In this document: positions 15,637 to 29,067 of the stretch, piece after piece
How positions within the stretch are numbered: the stretch's first letter is position 1
Layout: every line of letters starts with the position of its first letter
From: Eledone cirrhosa
Lineage: Eukaryota
Length of the DNA stretch: 64,000 bases
Assembly (NCBI GenBank): GCA_964016885.1
Contig: OZ024743.1
Span: 91,698,001-91,762,000, forward strand
Reading direction: 5' to 3'
Position numbers and translations under genes: made by a program
The notes under the pieces: model-generated
Seen by the model: only the letters and a program-made list of their open reading frames with translations
What the model was told of the DNA's origin: nothing
Database searches by the model: none

Positions 15637-15878
15637 TCAAACGGACATGAAGCAGACGATAAAATTATGGTGAAGTGAGTGTTGTGTTGCGACTGTGTTT
15701 TCATTTTCGGGTGTTGGCAGCCATCACTGTCTTACAGAGACATGAGCTTTAATACGACAGCCAGATTGGACTCTCGTTTGCTAAGATAGTCTTAACCTTA
15801 TTCATATGCACACATATACATCATTTACAGATTACTTGCATGCACACCTACTCACATTCCTTACTTACATATATGTAC

Positions 15879-15922
<44 letters not shown>

Positions 15923-15924
<2 letters not shown>

Positions 15925-16110
15925 CAAAGGAATTGTGGTAAGGAACCAGATGGACCATAAAGCACCAGAGTACTCAATACTTAGGGTAGTAGAGTGGGAA
16001 ATAGGAAAAATTATGACCCCGACGGCAGAGCTCAAGCCGTTTCGACAGCTATTTCTGAAATAGCCGTCGAAACGGCTTGAGCTTTGCCGTCGGGGTCATA
16101 CTTTTTCCTA
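15923..16110. mobile_element. Family A element in fold-back form
   Basis: Inverted arms meet at gctatttc-t-gaaatagc (~16056). (TA)n on both sides. Confidence 0.8.
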
Positions 16111-16258
16111 TATATATATATATATATATATAATGTAGGAGGTGAGTTTTATTGTAGTACAATAAAGCAATGCAGATATCGGATAAGAAGCACTCTACAG
16201 TTTGTGGGACTGGAGTATGCATAATATAAGATCAAAAGATGGTTAAAGGAGTTCCATA

Positions 16259-16329
16259 TATTTTATTATGCGCATTTCAAAAACAAACATCATCAAGCAA
16301 TAATATTTGTGTTTTCATCAGATAAAACA
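16259..16329 (-). ncRNA. Type I hammerhead ribozyme (family B, mirror copy)
   Basis: Reverse complement of 16434-16504. Confidence 0.88.
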
Positions 16330-16433
16330 GGAGAACATGATATGAAGGCCAAAAAACACCTGTGGATAGTGCATATGTTGATTTAAAACTGCACTATCCA
16401 CAGGTGTTTTTTGGCCTTCATATCATGTTCTCC

Positions 16434-16504
16434 TGTTTTATCTGATGAAAACACAAATATTATTGCTTGATGATGTTTGTTTTTGAAATGCGCATAATAA
16501 AATA
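16434..16504 (+). ncRNA. Type I hammerhead ribozyme (family B)
   Basis: UGUUUUAU-CUGAUGA-AAA c ACAAAUAUUAUU gcuu GAUGAUGUUUGU u UUU-GAAA-UGCGCA-UA-AUAAAAUA. 8-bp stem I, palindromic stem III AUGCGCAU, cut after 16496. Confidence 0.9.
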
Positions 16505-16534
16505 TATGGAACTCCTTTAACCATCTTTTGATCT

Positions 16535-16599
<65 letters not shown>

Positions 16600-16606
<7 letters not shown>

Positions 16607-16905
16607 AGGCAGTACAAAGTCTGGCGATCCAAAGGCTGGTAAATCCGCGGCAATCCGTTTTCCTGGTAATTCTCGAGATCCAGTACCTATTTTTCCACGC
16701 TTACACAAGCCCACATGCCTTGACACTCTGCTATCCAGGACTCTGGATGAGCCCACGGCAAGGTACGTAGGTTAACTAAGGGCAACAGCAACGAACTCCC
16801 TCTTACACCAATGGCCCGCCAACACAGGCTGGAGATAGAACGTGTAGCCAGAAGGGCGGTGCCCCAGCATGGTCTCAACCGGATGGCTGGAACAGGTAAA
16901 AGAAT
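16600..16905 (+). mobile_element. Probable LINE/SINE 3' fragment
   Basis: GC-richer block between microsatellites ending gccccagcatgg...aacaggtaaaagaata, a retroposon-like tail. Confidence 0.35.
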
Positions 16906-16984
16906 ATATATAAGGTATAAACTGAAGTTGTAGCTGCCGCACAGCAACTACTATTCGATATGTGTATGTGTATATATATATATC

Positions 16985-17252
16985 TATCTAAGGCGGGTAA
17001 AATTCCCGAGATCCATGGACGAGTTCTCTCCAGCGGTCTCTGTCCCTCATTATCGCTGACATATCCTGCATCTCCAACAGACCAGTGTCTGTCCTTAGGG
17101 CATCAACATATGTTAACCTTGGTCTTCCTCTTCTAGTGTGTCCATGTAGGGGCTCCCAAAGGAGCACTGGGTGCAATGTCAACTCTGGATGTCGGTGACC
17201 ATGTCCAGCCAACCTCAGTCTTCTCTGTGTCACTTTTGAGCTGACTTTTGGG
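16985..17252 (-). mobile_element. RTE-clade LINE 3' fragment
   Basis: RRLRLAGH...VLLWEP..G.TRRGRPRLTYVDAL...MRDRDRWR then stop, the typical RTE C-terminus. Confidence 0.85.
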
Positions 17253-17277
17253 ATATATATATATATATATATATATA

Positions 17278-17632
17278 ACCAAATGTTAATAAGGTTCATT
17301 GATTACTCAATGAATATAGTTTTACAATAGATTCAAAGCACTCAACAGTGAAATTTTCTGGAGTTATTAATATTATTCAAAATATTAATAAATGAAGACG
17401 TTCACATAATCAAAATATATGTTTTATTATATATATTTCGGAGGTACTGTGGTAAGACTGGAATTGAACCATCAAGACACTTGAGGTATGTCATACATCA
17501 ATTCATGTATTTTATCTGATGAGGACGTACTGAAAAAACAGCACAGTACCTCCGAAATATATATAATAAAACATAGATTTTGATAGATTTTGATTATGTG
17601 AACGTCTTCATTTATTAATATTTTGAATAATA
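17278..17632. mobile_element. Family E fold-back element with one full and one half hammerhead
   Basis: 17371-17451 is the reverse complement of ~17542-17632 apart from a small indel. (TA)n on both sides. Confidence 0.8.
17505..17574 (+). ncRNA. Type I hammerhead ribozyme with intact core (family E)
   Basis: UUUUAU-CUGAUGA-GGA c GUACUG...CAGUAC c UCC-GAAA-UAUAUA-UA-AUAAAA; cut after 17565. Confidence 0.88.
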
Positions 17633-18499
17633 TATATATATATATATGTACACGAGTAAGTGTGTCTTGACTGCTCCATGCAGTCTCTAGCAGACACAGA
17701 CACACTCTCTACCTCACTACCACTCCTTTCATTCAGTGTAACATACAGGATATGACCACTAAAATGATAAAGAACTGATCCAGCATTGGACAACAACTTT
17801 CTCAAAAGGATGAAAAGCAAAGTTGAACTTAGAGACTAGGATCAAATATCCAACGCTCTAACCACTCTGCTAAATCGACTGCCTCGGCTGAAAGAAACTC
17901 CATTGAAATTATACAGTGGATCAGCCAATAATTTTCAAAGGCAAAAAATCTTTATTAGCCGCAGTTCAGTACGAACGGAACAAATTATACTCTACATTAA
18001 TGGAGAGAGAAAACAAAATGTCTTTAAAGACAAATGATTGCAAAAAAAAAACAACAAATTAATCATAGTTATTAATAAACATAAATTCTGTTTGTTAAAG
18101 AATTTGAATATAATAATTGATTTGATTTCATTATGTAGTTTTTTGTGGAGGGAGGAGGGTGATTCGATTGACTTTCTTTATTTGTTTATATTATGTTCAC
18201 TACTACAATTATGTCAGCCATTTTAACCAGCATTGCAGCAACAAACACAACAAAAGTTAATTCTTAATATTCTATACCACATAAAATGCATTAGCAAAAC
18301 ATACTTGTACAACAACAGTACTAAACTGTACTATGCCTTCCTCACAATAAAAATTGATCTCTTTACTTTAATGCTACAAATTTGTACAATGATCTGTCCA
18401 GTAGCAAAGGTACTATAAACATTTCAGTTAATAAACCTATTTAGAAATATTTTCTACTAAATCATTACAGGATATTAGAAGTTAATAACAACTAACGTT

Positions 18500-18905
18500 C
18501 TTGGCAGTATCGGCAGAGCGTCGGACAACATGCTTTGCAGCATAGAGTTAAGACTCTTTACGTTTTTAGTTCAAATACCGCCGAGGTTAGCTTTGCCTTT
18601 CATCCTTACGGGGTCGATAAAATAAAATATCAGTAATACACCCGGGTCGATTTAATCGACTTTCCCCCTCCCCTAAATTTGTTGGCCTTGTGCCTAAATC
18701 AGAAACCATTGTTCTGGTGGATTGGCAGTATTGGTAGAGGGTCGGACGCCATGCTTTGCAGCAAAGAGTTACAGCCCTTTATAGTCTGAGTTCAAATCCT
18801 ACCGAGGTTAACTTTGCCTTTCATCCTTACGGGGTCGATGAAATAAAGTACCAGTAATGCACTGGTATAATTCCTGGCCTTGTGCCAAAAGTAGAAACAA
18901 TTATT
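18500..18905 (+). mobile_element. Two tandem SINE family 1 copies (18500-18711, 18716-18905)
   Basis: Box A/B, core and tail as in the other family 1 copies. Confidence 0.9.
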
Positions 18906-19410
18906 ATCTGAGATAGAGAGAGATAGAGGGGGGGGGGGGGGGCGTAGAAAGAGAGGAAGAGAGCGAGAGAGTTGGGAAGTGAAAGAGAGACAGAAAATAT
19001 ATTAAAGTGTTATCTTCTGGCGACAAAATTGCGACTAAAAGTAAAGGAATGTTATGGATATAGTTGAATGTTTTGTTTCTAGTAGGGATTGCTTCTTGTG
19101 GTTGTTATTGATGCTGATGCTGTCGTCATCGTTATTATTGTCGTTGTTGTAACTGCTGCTGTTGTTGTAGGTGTTATTGTTGCTGCTGCTGTTGTTTTCA
19201 CCTGATCAATCAACCTTCTGATCAAAGACTTTCCAGCTTTCTATTTATGTACGGCATTTAACACCTCACTTTTCAAAAACGATAGAATACAATTTGGGGG
19301 AAGTTTAGCTATTATTGCTAGCAGGCCCAGCAATCACATAGAGGCTTCCTTTGTTGACTCGACAGGATTAGTGAACATTTTAGGTGGATTATTGACTGTG
19401 GGTATTATTA

Positions 19411-19668
19411 GTGGATTGGCAGTATCGGTAGAGGGTCGGACGCCATGCTTTCCAGCATAGTTACGTCCCTTTACGATCTGAGTTCAAATCCCGCCGAGGT
19501 TAACTTTGCCTTTCATCCTTACAGGGTCGATAAAATAAAGTATCAGTAATGCACTGGGTAATTGCTGGCCTTGTGCCTAAAGTAGAAACAATTATTACTA
19601 AAAAAAAGTACCAGTAATACACTGGGATAATTGCTGGCTTTGTGCCAAAAGTAGAAATAATTATTACT
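19411..19668 (+). mobile_element. SINE family 1 with a duplicated 3' tail
   Basis: Full copy at 19411-19598; tail repeated at 19606-19668. Confidence 0.9.
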
Positions 19669-19721
19669 AATAAATTACCAAGTAGATTGAATAAGAAAAA
19701 TAATATGATTAAAATCCATTA

Positions 19722-20312
19722 TCTATATATTACTAAAATTCTGTGATTGTTTGCTTGTCTGTAATGTAATACAAAAGGGCGCATGATTGGAAAATACTTT
19801 GAAAGGAAGTTGACCCTGAAATGGGAATATAAATGGAATAAAATAAGTTTCGAGTAAATCGAAGCACGGGTTCCCAAGATATGGGTTTTCTGGGTACCTT
19901 CATAAACAGAAAGAAAGAAGGATAGAGAGGAAGAGATAGTGGTTGTGAGAGAGTAGATTGAAAGAGAGACATAGAGAGAGGGAGAGGAGACAGACAAGGA
20001 GAATGGAAGTGAGAGAGAGTTGATGGCGTTGTTGTGTGTATATATATATATGAGTGTGTGTGTGTCTATGACCAGTGTATATAGATCACAGACACCCACA
20101 TATATATACACACACACATATATATGTATACAAACACACACATGTATATATATACACACACACACGTATATATATATGGGCCTTCCAGTTTCATTTCACA
20201 TTATATACATGTCTGTGTATAATTCAATTATTTCAAAATTATTTTTAAGTGAACATGATTTTTAAAAAATATTTTGAAGTGAACGTGACGCTACGGGTGA
20301 GGGGTGGTCTAG
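19722..20312 (+). mobile_element. Non-autonomous Helitron
   Basis: A|TCTATATATTACTAAA 5' end; weak subterminal hairpin cgtgacgctacg; CTAG|T 3' end. Confidence 0.6.
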
Positions 20313-20572
20313 TTGTTAATAAAGATGTAGTGATAGAATATCCCAGATTTAAGAAGAGGAGGCCTTTAGCATTCCTACAGTGTAGCTGTTCATTGATCTT
20401 TTCTTAAGATATTTCACAATTCCAAAGAGTTTGGTGTAGTAGATAAACTAGAAGAAGCTTGTAGAAAAAACATCGCAGTCGAGATCCTATAGTCATTGAT
20501 ATTGGTTATTGACCATGCTTCTACGAACGTTGTGCTGTTCGAGCTACAGAATATGTTTTTTTATTACATGTA

Positions 20573-21238
20573 CTAGCAGAAAACCCACCCTTCGGGTGGC
20601 TTTCTACTAGCATGTGTAGTGTGCATATTGATATTATACGCAAGTATATATACATGTAGATATGATACATCAAATAAAATCGTAATTGACAATATACACA
20701 GAAATTGAACGAAGACTGCATTACACTGTCTTATGTAATCAGTAACGTAATCCATGATACATTAAAAAAAGACGATATTATGTATCTGCTAGCATGTGTA
20801 GTGTGCATATTGATATTATACGCAAGTATATATGCATGTAGATATGATACATCAAATAAAATCGTAATTGACAATATACACAGAAATTGAACGAAGACTG
20901 CGTTACACTGTCTTATGTAATCAGTAACGTAATCCATGATACATTTAAAAAAATACGATATTATATATAAACTGCATTAGGAGAAAATTAGTGACGGAAA
21001 TATATGAATGTTTATTTAAGCGATCGCTAACCGGAAGTGTTGACATTTGAAAATGTTAAAGAAGTAAATCTTTAAATAAACAATAAAATATATTTAATCA
21101 ACAGCTACGAAATTTATTAAATAAATTATGTAATATTTATTCATTATTTATTGAAAGTAATCCAACTTATTTTACTAATGGGATAAACGATTATAAAGCG
21201 TACGTAGTCCCGCACTCCTTACTTTATTATAGTTTAGA
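20573..21238 (-). mobile_element. Non-autonomous Helitron with an internal 182-bp tandem duplication
   Basis: On the minus strand: A|TCTAAACTATAATAAAG at 21238, hairpin ccacccgaagggtgg, and CTAG|T at 20573. 20607-20788 is repeated at 20789-20965. Confidence 0.65.
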
Positions 21239-21254
21239 TTCGTGAATAATTGCC

Positions 21255-21515
21255 TAGATCGGAACCGCAGCAGCCCGCCTGAGGAAGGGGCCCGCGATGT
21301 GGGGTGGCTGTTGCAGCGGGGTGTCGCTGGCCATTGTCCGCGGAAATGCTTTTGCGGGCTTGCCTGTGGGGCGCAGCCCCAACACCGCTGCGCTCTAGAG
21401 CCAGAGCCCATCACCCTCCCTCTTCCCCTCCCATTCTTCTGTGACCCCAGAGCCTTTGCCTTTCTCTTCCTTTCCGTTTTAAATATTTGTAGTGATTTGT
21501 GTAAATAAACATTTT
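21255..21515 (+). mobile_element. CRE-clade non-LTR 3' fragment
   Basis: WLLQR then, after a frameshift, VSLAIVRGNAF and a stop, followed by a pyrimidine-rich UTR and aataaa; same C-terminal motif as 11290-11802. Confidence 0.7.
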
Positions 21516-21955
21516 TCTCATTTTAATTTTTTTTTTAAATTACCTAGTTCGACATTTGAGCACAAATAATAATCTACATCGGTGGTTTCCAAGATTTTCA
21601 CAACCAAAGACCCCTTTTATTTAAATACATCTTCCCACGAACACCACCCATCCCATACTACAATTACTCTCCTCCCAGATTGTTATACGGGGGATAATAG
21701 TAATTGCTTCTAACATAGGTACAAGGCCAGAAATAGTGGGGGGGGGGGGGTCAGTGGAATCTACCCCTGTACTGGTCTTTCTAATTGCTGATACTATCTA
21801 CCGGTCGCTGGATATGTATATGTGTTTGTGAAATATTACTCGTTAAGACTCGTAAGACCATTATTCAACTTAGAGTGTAAATATTGTAAGTTTTCTGCCC
21901 TACGGTGAAGCTTTTACCGAAAAGTTAAAAGCTTAGCCATAGAGCAGAAAACCTT

Positions 21956-22010
<55 letters not shown>

Positions 22011-22180
22011 AATATATATATATATATAATTGAATATAAAAGAGAAATAAACACAGATATATAGAAATATGTGTTCAGATCGTAAGGAACCAGACAACTT
22101 TTGGCGGAAGGGTTTCGCAATTTAAGTGAAGAATATCAATTCACCACTCACCAACTATTTAATTGCAAGAGACTATTTTG

Positions 22181-22212
<32 letters not shown>

Positions 22213-22215
<3 letters not shown>

Positions 22216-22525
22216 TTGTCCACCGGTATTCGCGGGTGTTACGTCCCTAGAGCACTAACAAAGAGTGAAAAACCGCGAATATTGGACGTTGTCCATAAAA
22301 ATGCCTATAAACGTCAAAACAAAATGTAAGATATAGGCCGGAAAATATGGTATATTGTTATTAATAATTCAGCGTTAAAAAGCAAAAATATATATATTGC
22401 CACGAAAAAAGCCATTGAAAAATCGCAGAAGATATTTACAATTCCGCGAATATGAGGTGGTTTCCACGAACAATTCTAAGGAAAATTCCGTGAATACCGG
22501 GACCGCAAATGCCGGGGGTACACTG
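22213..22525. mobile_element. Tc1/mariner-pogo (Tigger-like) MITE
   Basis: TA|CAGTTGTCCACCGGTATTCGCGG ... CCGCAAATGCCGGGGGTACACTG|TA imperfect TIRs with a TA target duplication. Confidence 0.8.
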
Positions 22526-22526
22526 T

Positions 22527-22563
<37 letters not shown>

Positions 22564-23604
22564 CAAATAAAGATTCAGCGAGAATCGCATTTCGGCGGGC
22601 AGGAAAAGCGAAGCGAAACGCAAAAATCAGAAATGATACTGGCAAAGTGCTCAATAGTTAAAAACCAGAGCTAAACAATGTGTTAAGAAGCCATACAAAA
22701 CTGAAAAGGTGGTCAAGAAAGCATTAACCACCCAAGCCAAAAACCAAATCAAGCTAAAGAGGTCAAAACAAAATAAATGATAACCAGACCTGGACTCCCG
22801 GAATTGCTGTTAAAATCCGATGTAGAGTTTCTGTGACACCTAAATCAAAATACAGTCTGCTTAAAAATATAAGCTTTATATATATATATAAAGATGGAGA
22901 GAGAGAGAGGAAGAGTGGAGAGAGAAATAGACAGACAATAGGGAAGAGTCGTCTCGTTTACATAGAAACTCCACCTAATCTAAATTATCGGAATGGAATC
23001 TGATTTATTACTACCACGACCACCACCTATATTCTCCCCTACTTATATCTTCTTCTTCTTCTTCTTCTTCTTGTCAAAGTATATGGTAGATAGATATCAG
23101 TAACATATCCAGGGTGTGAGAGAAATCTCTCCTCCCCTACTCTTTCTCCTCCACCTCCTCCTCCACTACATCCTCCTATCACCCCCTCCTGCATTTCCTC
23201 CTGCTTCACCTCATCCTTATCCTATACCTGTTCCCCCAACGGCAAGCTATAAATTGTGTTAACATCAGTGAAATATTCACGGTGTGTGTGTGAGAACCTT
23301 TCGCCCTTACTTCCCTGACGAGATTGTAATGTAGATAGATGTGTAAGGAATATCATCTTATCTAAAGAATCCTCGTGGACAAGAATAAAGATGTAAGTAT
23401 TTGTCAGGTGATAGTATAACATTGTCACACGACCGCCCTGCTCCTCTAAACAGACAATAATGGTTTGTGTGCCATCACGACCCCTATGTTTTACGAGCGA
23501 TTCGTATTGAAATATTTGATATATGGACACATGGATTAATATTATACTAGATACACTTTGCTGATATATCTGTTTTTCTATCTATTTAACTATCATGCAC
23601 ACAC

Positions 23605-23731
<127 letters not shown>

Positions 23732-23767
23732 TAGTGCAAATTTGGACGGGAACGAAACAGAGAGGCA

Positions 23768-24230
<463 letters not shown>

Positions 24231-24289
24231 CGCGCGCGTGTATTTGTGTGTGTATAAATGTATATATATGTATATATATATATATATAT

Positions 24290-25575
24290 AGTTATACTTG
24301 GAGAGGGTCATATTGTTGTAATAGTATTGCCAGAATTAATAACAGAACACACTCACTGTTTGGTTGGTTTTCGCTTCTGTATCTTTTATATCAGTTAATT
24401 CATTTGGTCTTCAATGTTTACCATTGACTGACCAACGGTCAAAAATACAGATATAATATAGACACAAACACAATATATAGTCTAACAAAGTTCTTTCGTT
24501 GCACATCTGCAACATCGTCAGTGGTGCTATTATTTTCCTCCTGTTGTATTGTATATCTACGCCATCTTTATTTAATGTTTATTTATTTATTTACTTATTT
24601 TTGTCTTATTCTCTGCGCATGCGTTTGCCTGTGTGTATAGTGTTTGATGTGTGTCCGAGTTTGGTTGACTGCGTTTTGGTTATTGTATTCTATCTTAGTT
24701 TACTAATGTGTGTTTATATGTGTTTGTTGTTATTGTGCTTGTGTATATATTTATTTATCTAGTTATATTTCTCTTAGGTCAGTATTGTTTGTTTGGTGTT
24801 GTTGTTATTCCATTCATTCTTTCTGTTTAGCTTTGGCCTTCTAAGTTCTATTTCGCTTGCCTCTCTGATTTGCCTATCTGCTGGGTCATTTCTATGTTTA
24901 GATATTATTTTAATTTCTATGTTGTCTATGTTACCGTCATGTTGTTGTCTGGCGTGTTCGTATAGTACTGAACTGTTTTTCGTCCTTTTAGTTCCCCCAG
25001 TGTTGGTCTATCCTTTCACCTATGCTACGAGCTGTCTCGCCTATGTATGTTGTTGTCATGTTTCTGCAAGTACACTCTGTACATCTTATGCTATAGACTA
25101 CGTTTCTAGTTTTACAGCTTATCCGGGGGTTTACTTTACATATAATACATTTCCTATTAGTACAGTGGGTTTTCTTAAAAGGGTATGTTTTACTGATCAG
25201 GGATTTTATGGTAGTTCCTGGCTTTTCTACCACCTTAATCTTTAAGTGGGTCTTTCTCAGGGCTTTTCTACACTGGTTAGCTAATTTCCCTCCAGGGGTA
25301 GCGTCCACGAATATGACGCTGGTATCGCTGGTTGTCGTACCATGTTTAGTCCTATCTAAGCTATTCCATGATTGATTTGCTCCTGTATAATGGACAAATT
25401 CCTTTCATATCCAGTTCTATGAGGGTCTTATACTTCTCCGTGGCTCTTTCGTATACTCTGATTCTGTCTCTTTGGTTGTAGCCAGAGAACTGCATGCGGT
25501 TAATGAAGTGTTGGATGTGTCTTTCCATTTCTGTTGGGTCGCACATGCTTGACACGTTCTTCATCACTCTTACCA
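24290..25575 (-). mobile_element. Penelope-like element 3' fragment (GIY-YIG region + UTR), bounded by a SINE
   Basis: LVRVMKNVS...RMQFSGYNQRD and CTNRKCIICK...NVVYSIRC...YIGETAR, clearly homologous to ORF 7544-8473. Shares the UTR motif atgaccctc..caagtataac. Confidence 0.9.
24483..24529 (-). ncRNA. Minimal PLE hammerhead ribozyme
   Basis: CA-CUGACGA-u-GUUGCA gaug UGCAAC-GAAA-GAAC-UU-UG. Core intact with an extra U; stem I weak. Confidence 0.75.
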
Positions 25576-25745
25576 GAGGGTCGGACGCCATCCTTTAACG
25601 CATAGAGTTACTGCCCTTGCCATTCCGAGTTCAAATCCGGCTGAGGTTAACTTTGCCTTTCATCCTTACGGGGTCGATAAAATAAAGTACTAGTAATGCG
25701 CTTGGTAATTGCTGGCCTTGTGCTAAAAGTAGAAACAATTATTAT
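25575..25745 (+). mobile_element. SINE family 1
   Basis: Box B, core and tail match the other copies. Confidence 0.88.
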
Positions 25746-26184
25746 CATGAACCAAACATTCTAACTACTAAGCCATGCGACTGCACGGTCAACAATTAAA
25801 TGATAGTCCTAAATCAGAGTTCTCGAACTTAAGCACTCAAAAGGACCATTACGTCCTCAAAAGGGCCATTACAGTGAGTCAAAAGTGATTTGTATGGAGG
25901 CGTTATTTCCACTAGTTATAATGCTAATCAGCAATACAGCTAAGAGGCTGCTATTTATTTTATTATTATTTTTAACGAAAATGAATATAATTGTAAGTGG
26001 GATATGTGAATTAGTGCAAAATGTAGAGGGACAAATATTCCGTTTCAAATTTTCTTTAAAAACTCATATACACGTATATACACAAGGGTCGGTATACCTG
26101 AGCTGAGCAATGGGGGTGAGCTCTTGCTGGCCTATAAAATGGCTGAAATAGGTTGTATGTATCACCCCTGGGTCCCGGCTGACA

Positions 26185-26655
26185 GGACCAGAAATTTTGA
26201 GGGAAAGAGAACGTCGATTAATTCAACCTCAGTACTTGACTGGTATTTTATTTTATTGATCCCGGAAGATGAAAAGCGAAGTTGACCTCGGCAGGATTTG
26301 AACTCAGATTGTAAAAAGCCGGAACAAATATCTTAAGAGATATGTATCAAGGTGTAGTGGCACTCCATCAGTTACGACGACGAATATTCCAATTGATACG
26401 ATCAGCGTAACAGCCTGATGTTGAAATTAACGTGCAAGTGACTGAGCATTCTACAGATATGCGTACCTTTAACGTAGTTCTCGGGGAGATTCAGCGTGAC
26501 ACATAAAGTGAGAAGGCCAGACCTTCAAATTACCGGTGCAAGTCATTTTTGCCAGTTGAGTGGATGGAACAACGTGAAATAAAGTGTCTTGTTCAATCGA
26601 ACTCACGTCCTTACGATCGTGAGCTGTATGCCCTAACCACTAAGATGAAGGCATA
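26185..26655 (-). mobile_element. Two SINEs: family 1-related (26185-26330) and family 2 (26345-26655)
   Basis: Reverse-strand box B gagttcaaatcc / gagttcgatt; the family 2 segment caagacactttatttcacgttg is shared with 28790. Confidence 0.8.
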
Positions 26656-27101
26656 CACAGAACGAACCATTAAGGTATTTTCCCCATAAACATTCTAACG
26701 ATTCTACCAATCTACGAAGACATAATAAAACATTAAATATCAAGGTTTCAGAATAGTTTTACATATTGGGCTATTTTGCTTAGTCACATATATTTTGGTT
26801 ATGTCTACCTGGACTATGGAAATATGTCACTCTCCCTCTCTAGGCCGACCGGATGGTCATGCCAACGGAATGAATGAGAAGATATTTCCCTGCATCGTTG
26901 GTGACGTCACTTCCGGTCCATTAATTTTTACATTCTTTCTCTGCTATAAACACTTTCAACGTTCCATTAACTCGGATAAATCGCTGTAGCCATTACATTT
27001 GGACAGACTCAGAACACACGTAATTTCACACACAGCCCCGCACGAAAATACATACACTCACATATATATGTGCATATGCACACGTGTCCCTATGGCCATA
27101 C

Positions 27102-27182
<81 letters not shown>

Positions 27183-27599
27183 ACACATATATATATACAC
27201 ATATATATACATACATACATACAAACACGCACATATATTAATACTTACTCATTCACTCATACATACAAATACAGGCACACACACGCGCACACACACACAC
27301 ACACACACAAACACACACAGACACACATACATACATACATACATACATACATACATACATACATACATACATACATACATACACGTGTGGCTACGCACAC
27401 TTCCAAAAGCGATTATACGCACATGTATACACATGAAAACATACATTTGTATTTGTTTGGGTTTATGGCTGATGTTGTGTGTGTATGACTCACTGAATCT
27501 CCCTGAGAATCAATGTGTTTATGGAATGCTCAGTCGCTTAATTTCATAAGCAGAATAGAATACTCATCGTCGGATCCGACGGAGATCCATTCATTCAAT

Positions 27600-27605
27600 T
27601 CCTCC

Positions 27606-27654
<49 letters not shown>

Positions 27655-28129
27655 TGTGTGTGTCTGCCCGTCTGTGTGTGTGTGTGTATGTGTGTGTGTG
27701 TGTGCCCATCTGTGCGTGTACGTGTGTGTCTGCCCGTCTGTGTATGTGTGTGTGTGTGCGTGTGTATGAGTGTGTGTCCGTCTGTGTGTGTGTGTGTGCA
27801 TGTGTATGTGTGTGTATGTGTGCCCGTCTGTGTGTGTGTGTGCGTGCGTGTGTATGTGTGTGTGTGTTCCCGTCTGTGTGTGCGTGTGTATGTGTGTGTG
27901 TGCCCGTCTGTGTGTGTGTGTGTGTGCGTGTGTATGTGTGCCCGTATGTATGTGTGTGTGCGTGTGCCCGTCTGTGTGTGTGTGTATGTGCGTGTGTATG
28001 TGTGTGTGTGTGTGCGTACTCGTCTGTGTGTGTGTGTGTATGTGTGTGTCTATAGGGACGTGTGTCAGAATGTGTGTGTGTATGTCTATAGGGACGTCTG
28101 TCAGAATGTGTGTATGTGTATGTGTGTGT

Positions 28130-28178
<49 letters not shown>

Positions 28179-28261
28179 TCTATAGGGATGTGTGTCAGAA
28201 TGTGTGTGTGTATGTCTATAGGGACGTCTGTCAGAATGTGTGTATGTGTATGTGTGTGTAT

Positions 28262-28328
<67 letters not shown>

Positions 28329-28490
28329 TCTATAGGGACGTGTGTCAGAATGTGTGTGTGTATGTCTATAGGGACGTCTGTCAGAATGTGTGTATGTGTG
28401 TGTGTGTATGTATGCCTATAGGGACGTGTGTCAGAATGTGTGTGTGTGTGTATGTCTATAGGGACGTCAGTCAGAATGTGTGTATGTGTG
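27600..28490. repeat. GT-based compound minisatellite (cccgtctgtg; ctatagggacgtctgtcagaat)
   Basis: Read directly. Confidence 0.9.
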
Positions 28491-28789
28491 CAAGGATGGT
28501 ATGTATATGGCTTGTTTGGGATTTGTATATCTATTTGTGTGTATTTGTGTGTATCCGTACATTTGGATATACATCGATCAATATCTGTGTTCATGCGTGT
28601 ATATTTAGTGTGTATATATGTATGTATGTCCTATCGATGCTAGTGCTGTGTGTATCTTAGTGTCAAAGGAGTTCCGTTCACAACCGCAAGGACGTGAGTT
28701 GGATTTCCAGTGGTGCGTTCTGTTCTTAAACAAAACAGTTTATTTCACAATGCGTTAATCCTCTGAAAATATACCATAGATATACCTGT

Positions 28790-28910
28790 GAAGGCGTGTG
28801 GCTGAGTGGTTAGAGAATTGGATTCGCAATCGTGAGGTTGTGAGTTCGATTCCCGGACCAGGCGATGCGTTATGTCCTTGAGCAAGACACTTTATTTCAC
28901 GTTGCTCCTT
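28790..28910 (+). mobile_element. tRNA-derived SINE family 2, 5' part
   Basis: Box A tggctgagtgg, box B gagttcgattcc, then CORE-like tgtccttgagcaagacacttta. Confidence 0.8.
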
Positions 28911-29067
28911 CTACCTGGAGTTGCGACTGATAGATAGTATTAGCAACTGGAAAGACCAACGGAAACATTGTTTCTGACGAAAGTCGATCGTTAAAAATAA
29001 AAAAAAAATACTTGTATTACAAATGGCCGACATTGTCACACAAAACAAGGCGAACAACTATAGCGGC

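Larger units (their letters stand above)
16134..16542. mobile_element. Family B element in fold-back form, with two complete hammerheads
   Basis: Apparently perfect ~150-bp inverted arms 16221-16373 and 16390-16542. (TA)n on both sides. Other copies at 23866-24016 and 49965-50284. Confidence 0.85.

Noticed and set aside
21255-21410. GC-rich structured ncRNA gene or CpG-island promoter (also 11340-11800)
   Set aside because: Better explained as CRE retrotransposon coding remnants.
22560-22885. Additional minus-strand Helitron
   Set aside because: A TC-start-like end exists at ~22884, but there is no clear hairpin-CTRR end.
23310-23530. Hammerhead from CUGACGA at 23315 and GAAA at ~23509
   Set aside because: Stem I is mismatched next to the core, and there is no convincing stem II across ~185 nt.
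28790-28862. tRNA gene
   Set aside because: The tRNA-like head lacks a good acceptor stem and continues into a SINE body.
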